DNA of 32,000 bases from Candidatus Kuenenia stuttgartensis (GCF_900232105.1 NZ_LT934425.1:3690001-3722000); one strand, 5' to 3'. Positions 23,482 to 31,305 are shown, numbered from the stretch's first letter. The notes: generated from the sequence alone by a model not told the origin. Numbers and translations: made by a program.

Positions 23482-26040
23482 ATGCTTAACAAATCAGCGG
23501 CTTTAGTGCCTGTGGTGCTGGCTTTCCTTTTCCTTTTTCTGTGTTTTCAATGTTTATACGCTGACATCCGCTGTCTTACCGGTAAGGATGGTGCTGTGCA
23601 TTTGGAGATGGAGGCCAAACCCTTAACAATAGAGCCAAGGCCCGGCGTGTTCTTTGATGCCTGGGGGTATTGCCTGAAAGGTGACGTACCCACCGTACCC
23701 GGCCCTGTCATAAAGGTAAGGGAAGGAACTAAGGTTAAGATTCTCTTCAGGAATAAACTGACAGTTCCTGCCTCTATCCACCCTCACGGAGTTAAATATA
23801 CCACCGCCAATGTCGGCGTTAATATTGCCGGGAATCCAGCAAGTATTGTAGCGCCTGGGGATTCAAGGATTTTTGAGTGGGATACTGCCGGCACGCCAGG
23901 CACGTGGTTTTACCACTCCTACGTATTTGAGAGAGGCGGCGAAGAGGGATTATCCAGAGGATTATGGGGAGCGCTTATTGTGGAACCGGTTGGCGGTGAT
24001 CCAAATCCTCCGGATAAAGAGTTTGTGGTATTTATGCATGCATTTAATGTAAACGGACAGGAATACTATGCCTTTAACAATAAATCAGGCGATATTGAGC
24101 TTATGAGGGGAGACAGTTCCGCATTTCCAGGAGAAACATGGAAGGCAAAAATGGGGGACAAGGTAAGGTTTCATCTCATAAATATTACGGAGGAAGCACA
24201 CACTTTTCATACCCACGGGCATCGCTGGCTGGATAAATCTTGTGATAAGCTTATTGATACTATCGGGTTGAATCCATTTGACTCTTATGTCCTGGATTTC
24301 GTTGCCGGTGAAGGTGTGGGGAAGGGTAACTGGGCTTTTCACTGCCAGTCACAGGAACATATGATGAACGGCATGTTCGGTATTTTTATGGTTGAGGAAG
24401 GGAAAAGGGTCAATGCTGTGATTGCATCGTGCGATGAAGGTAGGAAAACACTCAGTGCGCCTGGCCAGGATAGACAGCCTCCAACGCTTGAGGGTTTTTC
24501 AGGTGCTTACATGTATCCGGAAATTACAGAGAAAAACATGTATGAATCATTTGCAGGCTTAGAAAAGGGTGACGGCATTTGGGGTGATTATTATAGCCCT
24601 ATTCCGCTTTATACCTATTTTAATCCTTCACGGCATTATGTTCCTCCGGAAAGCGACGCTTATACAAATCTACTGGTGAAATACAGGCCGGATCAGTGCG
24701 TAGAATGCCATGAGGAAACAACACCTGGTATTGTTGCCGAATGGAAAATGTCCAACCATGCAAATCCAAAGAAAAACCCGCATGTATCCGCTGAGACGCA
24801 GGAGATAGAGGCATTAATCGGGAAAGAGCTGAACAACTGGCGGCCTGGCACAAAGGACGGTGTGTATTGTTCTTACTGCCATGGTTCCGATCATGAAAAA
24901 CTCTTTATGCCCACAGTTGACAATTCATGCGGAGCCTGTCATCCAAAACAAGCAGCGGAATTTATAAAAGGGAGAGATCATGGAAGGCCAAACCACCCTC
25001 AAAGCTGGGAAGGGAATGTATCTACTCCATGGTATGCTGAATACTATCGGCGAGGCGAGGGATATTCTATGGTGGGGTGCGATCAATGCCACCAAAACAT
25101 GTCTTCATGTGATGATTGCCATTCACGCCACCGTTTTTCCGCGGCTGAAGCCCGAAGGCCCGAAGCATGTTCAATTTGTCATATGGGACCTGACCACCCC
25201 GATTGGGAGAGTTATTCACGTTCCAAATGGGGGGTAATTTATGAGACTACAAAAGAGCGGTGGAATTGGGACAAAAACCTTGCGGAGGTTATTCCCGGGG
25301 AAGATTATCTGGCGCCGACTTGTCAATATTGTCATATGTACGTTGGAAATAATAAATGGGAAATGAATGTGGAAACAAAGGGTATATGGCGCATGGGAGT
25401 CATTCCCCCAAAGGAAGTGGAATTTAAATCAGGACTAAAAGACTTCCCCTATGGAATAAAAATACCGCCCATGGATAAAAAACTTGAAATCTATTCTGCT
25501 GAAAGCCAGGAAAAACGCCGCAAATGGGTGGAGCTTTGTTCAAAATGCCATAGCAGCCGCTTTGCCGGCATGTGGCTTGATTCGTTAGACCAATATATGT
25601 TTGAATCATGGCGGCGGATAGACGAAGCGCAGCTTATTATAGAAAAACTTTTTAGTGAGAATGCAATTGAACCTCCTCCGGAGAAAAGGCCTCCCTTTCC
25701 CCTCAGTGATTTGATTATTAAGGTGCTTGGCGCTGAAAAACTGGGGGCTGAAATGTACAGGCTATTTAAACAAACCAACGGGCATTTACCGGTGATAGGC
25801 CCCATTCTTGGCGCTTATTCTATTTTTACCCAAAATGAAGGGAATCCTGGCGGCATAGAAAGGGAATATGCGGAGATGTGGTTCTGGAGCCATTTGCAAG
25901 GTTATAAAGGCGCTGCTCACGCCCAGCCGGATATAAGCTGGTGGTGGGGTACTGCTCAGGGAGTCGGGAATCTGACTCGTATACGGGATGAGGCTGAAAA
26001 ATTAAGACGTTTAAAATCCGGTAGCAGTTCAGGCTTTTGA
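23482..26040 (+). CDS. fusion protein: NirK/multicopper-oxidase-like two-cupredoxin domain plus octahaem hydroxylamine-oxidoreductase (HAO)-like domain; presumptive encapsulin cargo
   Basis: 852 aa, starting 3 nt after the shell gene's stop, with SD GGAG at 23471-23474 inside that gene. Signal peptide: MLNKSAALVPVVLAFLFLFLCFQCLYA. Copper motifs: IHPHG, WFYHSY, HTFHTHGH and HCQSQEHMMNGM. Eight CxxCH motifs lie between nt 24697 and 25551 (CVECH, CSYCH, CGACH, CDQCH, CDDCH, CSICH, CQYCH, CSKCH). The protein ends ...EKLRRLKSGSSSGF. Confidence 0.9.
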   Translation: MLNKSAALVPVVLAFLFLFLCFQCLYADIRCLTGKDGAVHLEMEAKPLTIEPRPGVFFDAWGYCLKGDVPTVPGPVIKVREGTKVKILFRNKLTVPASIHPHGVKYTTANVGVNIAGNPASIVAPGDSRIFEWDTAGTPGTWFYHSYVFERGGEEGLSRGLWGALIVEPVGGDPNPPDKEFVVFMHAFNVNGQEYYAFNNKSGDIELMRGDSSAFPGETWKAKMGDKVRFHLINITEEAHTFHTHGHRWLDKSCDKLIDTIGLNPFDSYVLDFVAGEGVGKGNWAFHCQSQEHMMNGMFGIFMVEEGKRVNAVIASCDEGRKTLSAPGQDRQPPTLEGFSGAYMYPEITEKNMYESFAGLEKGDGIWGDYYSPIPLYTYFNPSRHYVPPESDAYTNLLVKYRPDQCVECHEETTPGIVAEWKMSNHANPKKNPHVSAETQEIEALIGKELNNWRPGTKDGVYCSYCHGSDHEKLFMPTVDNSCGACHPKQAAEFIKGRDHGRPNHPQSWEGNVSTPWYAEYYRRGEGYSMVGCDQCHQNMSSCDDCHSRHRFSAAEARRPEACSICHMGPDHPDWESYSRSKWGVIYETTKERWNWDKNLAEVIPGEDYLAPTCQYCHMYVGNNKWEMNVETKGIWRMGVIPPKEVEFKSGLKDFPYGIKIPPMDKKLEIYSAESQEKRRKWVELCSKCHSSRFAGMWLDSLDQYMFESWRRIDEAQLIIEKLFSENAIEPPPEKRPPFPLSDLIIKVLGAEKLGAEMYRLFKQTNGHLPVIGPILGAYSIFTQNEGNPGGIEREYAEMWFWSHLQGYKGAAHAQPDISWWWGTAQGVGNLTRIRDEAEKLRRLKSGSSSGF

Positions 26041-26085
26041 AAAAGCAAAGGCATTCGTTGGCAGGATTTTAAGTTTTTTATATGT

Positions 26086-27192
26086 ATGAGCGTGTTAAGA
26101 GTGTTGAACCGTCGTTACAAAAATCGATATTTTCAGATGAATAATTGTGTGAATTACAAAAAAGAGATAGTTAAAAATAGCATAAAATGGCTCTTCCCCA
26201 TAGCATTGCCGTTTGTTATTTATTGGGTTTTATTTTCGAAAATGAGGCCGGAAGATTTTCTCGTTACGATAAAAAATGCGTCTGTTCTCTGGTTAGCATT
26301 AGGGTTTATTGCCTATAGCGCAAACCAGGCATTTCGCACATTACGTTTTCAATGCCTTATCCACACAAAAAAGACATTGAGAAAACAATTGTTCCGGGTG
26401 CAGTCATTATACATTTTTTATAACTACTTGCTGCCTTTTAGGACCGGAGAGGCTACGTATATATATCTTGCGCGAAAGCATTTGAACATTCCTGTGGCGA
26501 ACGGTATCTCTTCCCTTGTGGTTGCAAGGATGTTTGATTACTCACTTCTTATTGTATGTTGCGGGATAATAGCATTATGTATGAAATTGCGCATGACACC
26601 CTGGATAAGCATGCTAATGAAAGGCGGGGCAGTATTGTTTTTTGCGATTACCGCATTGTTTATTTTGTGCATGTTAAGGAAGAATACCTATGTGGTATGG
26701 ATAGGGGAAAAAAGTAATTTTTTCGCTTTGTGGCAGGAAAATAAATTAATCCAAAAATTTTCAGGAGAGTTTCAGAAAATTGTACAGAGCTTCAGGGAAA
26801 TCAGTAATATCAGGACAGGCCTTCAAACCGTTTTTTATACACTATGTACCTGGTTGTGCATATTCCTGGCTTTTTATATGATTACCAGGGGATTAGGGTA
26901 TTCTGTAAGCTTTTTGCAGATGACAGCCGTATCGGTTATCGCCGTAATGTCAAGGGCGTTTCAGGGGGTCGCGGATTTTGGTTCACACGAGATGGGATGG
27001 TTCGGAGGACTGGTGCTTATCGGGTTTTCAGGGAAAGACGCCAGTATCGTATCTTTTTCATCACACATAATTATACTGTGTTATATGCTGGTTGTTACCA
27101 TTTATTCAAAAATTACTTTGAGAAAATACGATGCTATCGCAGCGGCGCCATGTATTTTGAAAGAAAGATATGGAAGGAGCGTCGGAGAATAA
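26086..27192 (+). CDS. UPF0104 / lysylphosphatidylglycerol-synthase-TM-region (flippase-like) family integral membrane protein
   Basis: 368 aa with about 8 transmembrane segments. It contains the family block AFRTLRFQCLI...NYLLPFRTGEATYIYLARKH. The start is uncertain (ATG 26086 or ATG 26137). It lies 45 nt downstream of the fusion gene. Confidence 0.75.
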   Translation: MSVLRVLNRRYKNRYFQMNNCVNYKKEIVKNSIKWLFPIALPFVIYWVLFSKMRPEDFLVTIKNASVLWLALGFIAYSANQAFRTLRFQCLIHTKKTLRKQLFRVQSLYIFYNYLLPFRTGEATYIYLARKHLNIPVANGISSLVVARMFDYSLLIVCCGIIALCMKLRMTPWISMLMKGGAVLFFAITALFILCMLRKNTYVVWIGEKSNFFALWQENKLIQKFSGEFQKIVQSFREISNIRTGLQTVFYTLCTWLCIFLAFYMITRGLGYSVSFLQMTAVSVIAVMSRAFQGVADFGSHEMGWFGGLVLIGFSGKDASIVSFSSHIIILCYMLVVTIYSKITLRKYDAIAAAPCILKERYGRSVGE

Positions 27193-27197
27193 TTTTA

Positions 27198-27225
27198 TTG
27201 ACAATCAGATTTTTTTTAGTATTAT
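27198..27225 (+). promoter_or_regulatory. sigma-70-like promoter of the DUF2325 gene
   Basis: TTGACA (27198-27203), a 16-nt spacer, then TATTAT (27220-27225). The TTGACAAT hexamer context and layout are the same as at 10230. Confidence 0.4.
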
Positions 27226-27233
27226 ATTGCGAA

Positions 27234-27242
27234 TGAGTCTCA
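27234..27242. promoter_or_regulatory. TGAGTCTCA box, copy 3
   Basis: Context gcgaaTGAGTCTCAataac. It lies 8 nt after the -10 hexamer and 12 nt before the SD GGAGG (27255-27259). Confidence 0.5.
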
Positions 27243-27266
27243 ATAACAATATTTGGAGGATTGAAA

Positions 27267-27584
27267 ATGTCTGTATTGATAGTGGGCGGCGATCATCTGG
27301 GGAGTATTCCAAAGGAGCTTGATAAAATAGGGGTGAATGATATAAAACATCTGGCTGGGAGAAGCAATCAAAAGATGCGAAACAGCATTCCTGAGTCAAT
27401 GGATTTTATTATTGTATTGTGTGATTACGTGAACCATAACCTTTCACACAAAATTAAAGAGTATGCAAGTTTGAAGGAAATACCTGTTGTTTATGCAAAA
27501 AGATCATGGTCGTCCATTTATCAAAAGATAAAGGATAACCAGTGTCAGCTTAAAAAGAAGGGGTTGCTGTTCCCACTTAATTAA
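27267..27584 (+). CDS. DUF2325 domain-containing protein
   Basis: MSVLIVGGDHLGSIPKELDKIGV.DIKHLAGR...MDFIIVLCDYVNH matches my recollection of the DUF2325 family. The ATG at 27267 lies 7 nt after GGAGG; the track start at TTG 27261 is less likely. Confidence 0.8.
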   Translation: MSVLIVGGDHLGSIPKELDKIGVNDIKHLAGRSNQKMRNSIPESMDFIIVLCDYVNHNLSHKIKEYASLKEIPVVYAKRSWSSIYQKIKDNQCQLKKKGLLFPLN

Positions 27585-27872
27585 ACGTATAGGAATTTTC
27601 AATATTTTTGTAGAGACGCATTACATGCGTCTCTACAAAAAATGTTATGGAATTTCAAAGTTGTAGAACGAAGCGATTGCTTCGTTACGAGCGAAGTGGT
27701 GCTTTGCTTTGCATTGATGTATTGGAGTTTCAAATTTTTAGTCAAGCAATGAACAAACTCACCCATTAATCCCCTCCCAAGAAGGGACTTGTCAAATTCC
27801 CCTCTTGGGAGGGGCCAGGGGGTGAGTAAAATTGAATGCCGTTGGTTTTTGTCTTTTAAAAACTCAACTTAA
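27584..27872. repeat. composite intergenic repeat, copy 2, with extra hairpin modules inserted
   Basis: 27584-27607 and 27745-27872 match 5854-5876 and 5887-6016. Between them lie a 16-bp-stem hairpin ttttgtagagacgcat-tac-atgcgtctctacaaaa (27606-27640) and an aacgaagc/gcttcgtt hairpin. ACTTAA flanks both sides (27575-27580 and 27867-27872). Confidence 0.8.
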
Positions 27873-27995
27873 AAGAAACAATTCTCATTTTCTCGCTAAA
27901 AAGAGGGGATAAAGAGGGGGCAGTGGGTTAAATAGTTATAAAAATTACTAATGTTTGGTGAACCATGAGGAGCAGTTATTGATTAAAGTAATATT

Positions 27996-28658
27996 ATGAC
28001 AAGACAAAAGGCAAATATCCATGAAGTAATTGATATTGTCGTAAATATTTTAAATGCAAGGGATCCATACACCTCTATTCATTCATGGCGCGTTGCTGAA
28101 TTGTCAGTGATGATTGCAAATGAAATGGCATTGCCGGAGAATGAAAAAGAAATAATACATATAGCAGCACATTTGCACGATATAGGCAAGATAGGTATAT
28201 GCGATAAGATATTAAATAAACCTGGAAAACTGACCATTGAAGAAAAAAAAGAAATACAGGCACATCCACGGATAGGTTGTAATATTCTGAAAAGATTGCC
28301 GTTGTTTGGGGATATATCATGGATAGTGCTTCACCATCATGAACGTTTTGACGGACTGGGTTATCCGGAAGGCATTAAAGGGGGAGGCATTCCTCTGGCC
28401 TCGAGAATAATTTCTGTGGCAGACGCCGTTGATGCAATAATTGCAGGCCGTTCCTATAGAAGGGCAAAAAACATAGAGGAATGTTTCGGGGAGATTGAGC
28501 TTCATACCGGGAGCCAGTTTTGTCCAACAGTAATAAGCCACATGATGAAGATACAAAATGAAATAGAAGTGGTATTAAATAAATTAAAAACAGAAGAAAT
28601 AAAACATTATGCCTTTGTGGGGCATGAAGAATTAATGCACTCAAGGAGATTGATTTAG
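27996..28658 (+). CDS. stand-alone HD-GYP domain protein (putative c-di-GMP phosphodiesterase)
   Basis: 220 aa with HSWRVAEL..., HLHDIGKIGI, LHHHERFDGLGYPEG and SVADAVDA, which are the full set of HD-GYP signature blocks. There is no sensor domain. The SD is weak. Confidence 0.9.
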   Translation: MTRQKANIHEVIDIVVNILNARDPYTSIHSWRVAELSVMIANEMALPENEKEIIHIAAHLHDIGKIGICDKILNKPGKLTIEEKKEIQAHPRIGCNILKRLPLFGDISWIVLHHHERFDGLGYPEGIKGGGIPLASRIISVADAVDAIIAGRSYRRAKNIEECFGEIELHTGSQFCPTVISHMMKIQNEIEVVLNKLKTEEIKHYAFVGHEELMHSRRLI

Positions 28659-28660
28659 TT

Positions 28661-30952
28661 ATGAAATATAATACTACTCTAAAGATAACCATTGTGTTTT
28701 TCATTGTATCTGTTTTTCTTTGCAAGGGCGCCTTTGCCGGTGTTTCATATACGTTGAGCAGAAATGCGGACTTTTCTACGGATGACAGGGCTTTTCTCGC
28801 CACGGATACCCTCTTTGTGAAGATATCACAAAATAAGTATGACTATCATGACGTTACAAAATCTGTTTTTACTTTAAAAGAAAAGGGTAAAAACTCAAAA
28901 AATGAATTTGAATTAACCTGGAATACGGCTCAAAGCGCGTTCACAGGTTCAGTTTCGTTCGGTGATTATGAGGTTGGCAAAAAAATAACAATCAAGATAC
29001 TACTGGAATGGAAAGATTATAAAATCAGAAAAAAAGCGCGTCTTGTGGTAGGTACGTATGAAACGTGGGAGATTGCCGGAACCGTTTATGATAAATATTC
29101 AGGTAATATAAAAGATGCCCGGGTAAGGATACAGGGGATGGCGGATATTAATAAAAATGATGAGAGCTATTATCCGGAAGATGAAGCACACTATGTGCTC
29201 TCTGACGAAGACGGAAGTTTTTTAATTACATACGAGGGCATTTCCGGACAGGAAGTCATAGTTGCCGCAGGCAAAGAAGGATTTAAAAATGCGGGTAAAG
29301 AAATAATTTTGGGGGAGGATGATTTTGCAGAGATTGCCCTTTCAACGTTTCCGGAGAAAGACCATTCTGATTATGAATACCGGACGAGTAAAAATTGTAA
29401 AAAGTGTCACAGTAATATTTATAATGAATGGAATGACAGCGAGATGGCAGCCTCGGCGATGAATCCGATAAATCAACTGAACTTTCTTTTATATACCGCA
29501 TGGTACGTGACGGGTGACCGCTCAAATTTTGAAGATGATTCAATCTTTAACGATCCGAATCCTGAATTTGTAGGCGATAAGGGGAAAATATTTGAAGACG
29601 ACACCGGCAGATATAAGATTCTCGGAGACGCGGGGAATCTTCACGATTGCGCTGATTGTCATTCTCCTTCGTTTGCATCCGGTTTACAGGGCGACGGTAA
29701 GACACCAAAATGGGATATGAGGGCAGGTGTTTTGACTGATGTTGATAATTTATCTTCAATAGACAAACAGGGTGTTCATTGTGATTTTTGTCATAAGATT
29801 CAAAATGTGCATGATGGGGAAGAGTATTGGACGGAACCAGGCGTGAATTATAAAGTTGACCTTTTACGTCCCGATCCTTCCCTGGAATCCTCAAAAGAGG
29901 GGAAGGTGATGTTTGGGCCTTTTGACGATGTTACATATAAAAGTATGCAGGCATCGTACGTTCCTCTGTTTAAAAAGAGTGAAATATGCACCTCCTGCCA
30001 TCAGGATGCACGGAAATTATATTTACAACCGGTAGACGAAAATGATCAACCTACGGGCGAAGAAACCATTGAGAGAATATTATGGAGTGAAGATACATAT
30101 CGCGAATGGAGATTTAGCGGTTATAGCGGATTGGAAGAAGATTATCCGGTAAACAATTATGCAGGGCGGGCGCTGCAGTGTCAGGATTGCCATATGAAAG
30201 ACCCACCCCCTGACCCCGCAACGGGCAAATCTATTGCAAATTATAAAGAGGTCACAGATTCATTTTATATGTTGTCCGAAGACAAAAAGCAGTCGGGGAC
30301 CAGCCGCGACCCCAGAACCATATATCCTCACCATTTTGAAGGAACCAATCAAAACCTTCCGGTTGGCGAAAAGAAACGATATCTTGATTGGGCGGTGGAT
30401 CTTTCAGTTTCGAATGCCAGTGTCACTGATGGTATTGTCAGTTTTGATGTGGATGTGAAAAATTCACATACGGGTCATGCTTACCCATCCGGTGTTACGC
30501 AACGAAATGTCGTTTTATATGTGGAAGTAACGCAAACAGGAAATTCTCTTAGTCAAACCAATGATCAAGTCGTTGATACCCCGGGAGGAAATTTCCCGAA
30601 TGGCTATTATAATGGTGAAGGAGACTATGCAGGGAAGTCGGGCAAAATATTCATAAAACATAACAGGATGCTTGAAGATAACAAGGATCTGGATCCTTTT
30701 TTCAATGATATATTGTATGCCTTTGCCGTTGAGGAATTGTACGATACGCGCATCAAGGCGAATGAGACAGACACCACACACTATGAGTTCCAAACACTGG
30801 ACAACAGCACAATAACCATCACTGCAAGGCTTATTTACCGCTTTTATCCGAAAGGAACGCTTGAATTTGCGGCGCAAAACGGATATGTGATTTCTTCCCT
30901 GGAGGAAAATGATTATGAATCGCATAAAGTGGAAATAACCGTAGAGCCGTAA
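28661..30952 (+). CDS. secreted pentahaem cytochrome c with CarboxypepD_reg-like Ig domain
   Basis: 763 aa starting 2 nt after the HD-GYP stop. Signal peptide: ...VSVFLCKGAFA|G. Five CxxCH motifs: CKKCH, CADCH, CDFCH, CTSCH and CQDCH. The first is in the c554-like context CKKCHSNIYNEW. An Ig-like domain is present at WEIAGTVYDKYSGNIKDARVRIQG...DGSFLI. Confidence 0.88.
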   Translation: MKYNTTLKITIVFFIVSVFLCKGAFAGVSYTLSRNADFSTDDRAFLATDTLFVKISQNKYDYHDVTKSVFTLKEKGKNSKNEFELTWNTAQSAFTGSVSFGDYEVGKKITIKILLEWKDYKIRKKARLVVGTYETWEIAGTVYDKYSGNIKDARVRIQGMADINKNDESYYPEDEAHYVLSDEDGSFLITYEGISGQEVIVAAGKEGFKNAGKEIILGEDDFAEIALSTFPEKDHSDYEYRTSKNCKKCHSNIYNEWNDSEMAASAMNPINQLNFLLYTAWYVTGDRSNFEDDSIFNDPNPEFVGDKGKIFEDDTGRYKILGDAGNLHDCADCHSPSFASGLQGDGKTPKWDMRAGVLTDVDNLSSIDKQGVHCDFCHKIQNVHDGEEYWTEPGVNYKVDLLRPDPSLESSKEGKVMFGPFDDVTYKSMQASYVPLFKKSEICTSCHQDARKLYLQPVDENDQPTGEETIERILWSEDTYREWRFSGYSGLEEDYPVNNYAGRALQCQDCHMKDPPPDPATGKSIANYKEVTDSFYMLSEDKKQSGTSRDPRTIYPHHFEGTNQNLPVGEKKRYLDWAVDLSVSNASVTDGIVSFDVDVKNSHTGHAYPSGVTQRNVVLYVEVTQTGNSLSQTNDQVVDTPGGNFPNGYYNGEGDYAGKSGKIFIKHNRMLEDNKDLDPFFNDILYAFAVEELYDTRIKANETDTTHYEFQTLDNSTITITARLIYRFYPKGTLEFAAQNGYVISSLEENDYESHKVEITVEP

Positions 30953-31228
30953 AATGGATATCCGTGAAGGTGCGTTACTGAACAAAAAAATTAAGAACAA
31001 ATTCGAATGTCGAATCACGAAATTCAAGACAAATACTAAATTAAAATGTTTGAATGCCCAAAACATTGCAATTATCGGGATTTTTCAAAAAACTCTTTGC
31101 GGGTTCAGAAGCGCCACATACATTTTATGGTTAAATTGCCTATATAAAACGTGGGGTTCAGGTCACAGACCTGAACCCGCTTGGAGATCGCATAAATTGG
31201 AAATAACTGTAGAGCCGTAAAATGGATA
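30919..31228. repeat. 226-bp mosaic repeat insertion bracketed by a 42-bp direct duplication of the cytochrome gene's 3' end
   Basis: DR1 at 30919-30960 is atcgcataaaGtggaaataacCgtagagccgtaaaatggata. DR2 at 31187-31228 is atcgcataaaTtggaaataacTgtagagccgtaaaatggata (40/42 identical). The insert carries heptamers (31003-31030), the aaattaaaatgtt module, an 11-bp-stem hairpin gggttcaggtc-aca-gacctgaaccc (31154-31178) and the GCTTGGAG terminus. Confidence 0.85.
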
Positions 31229-31272
31229 CCAAGGATTTACATATTTTAAATAAAATCCATTACAAGGGGTGG

Positions 31273-31305
31273 CACGGACAAACTCTGTTTGTCCGTGATT
31301 TTTCC
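31273..31305 (+). terminator. rho-independent terminator
   Basis: cacggacaaac-tct-gtttgtccgtg (11-bp perfect stem, 31273-31297) followed by ATTTTTCC. It probably terminates the HD-GYP/pentahaem transcription unit. Confidence 0.6.

Noticed and set aside
22412-25805. Nested ORFs within the shell and cargo genes: 22412..22663, 22772..22972, 24085..24342, 24620..24853, 24980..25237, 25424..25609, 25491..25805
   Set aside because: They overlap frames that carry encapsulin, cupredoxin and CxxCH motifs, and none has its own motif or SD.
26844-27236. 130-aa alternate-frame + strand ORF overlapping the end of the UPF0104 gene
   Set aside because: The UPF0104 frame gives continuous transmembrane helices to its stop. 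The alternate frame gives Arg/Tyr-rich, non-membrane text and would run through the downstream promoter.
27965-27982. 5-codon upstream mini-ORF (ATGaggagcagttatTGA) before the HD-GYP gene
   Set aside because: It is too short and lacks an SD. It is noted only because the HD-GYP start itself has a weak SD. There is no basis for calling it a leader peptide.
30954-31220. 88-aa + strand ORF ending ...HKLEITVEP
   Set aside because: It is an artefact of the duplicated 3' end of the pentahaem gene. The ORF reads through the inserted mosaic repeat and acquires the duplicated last 11 codons. It has no SD.
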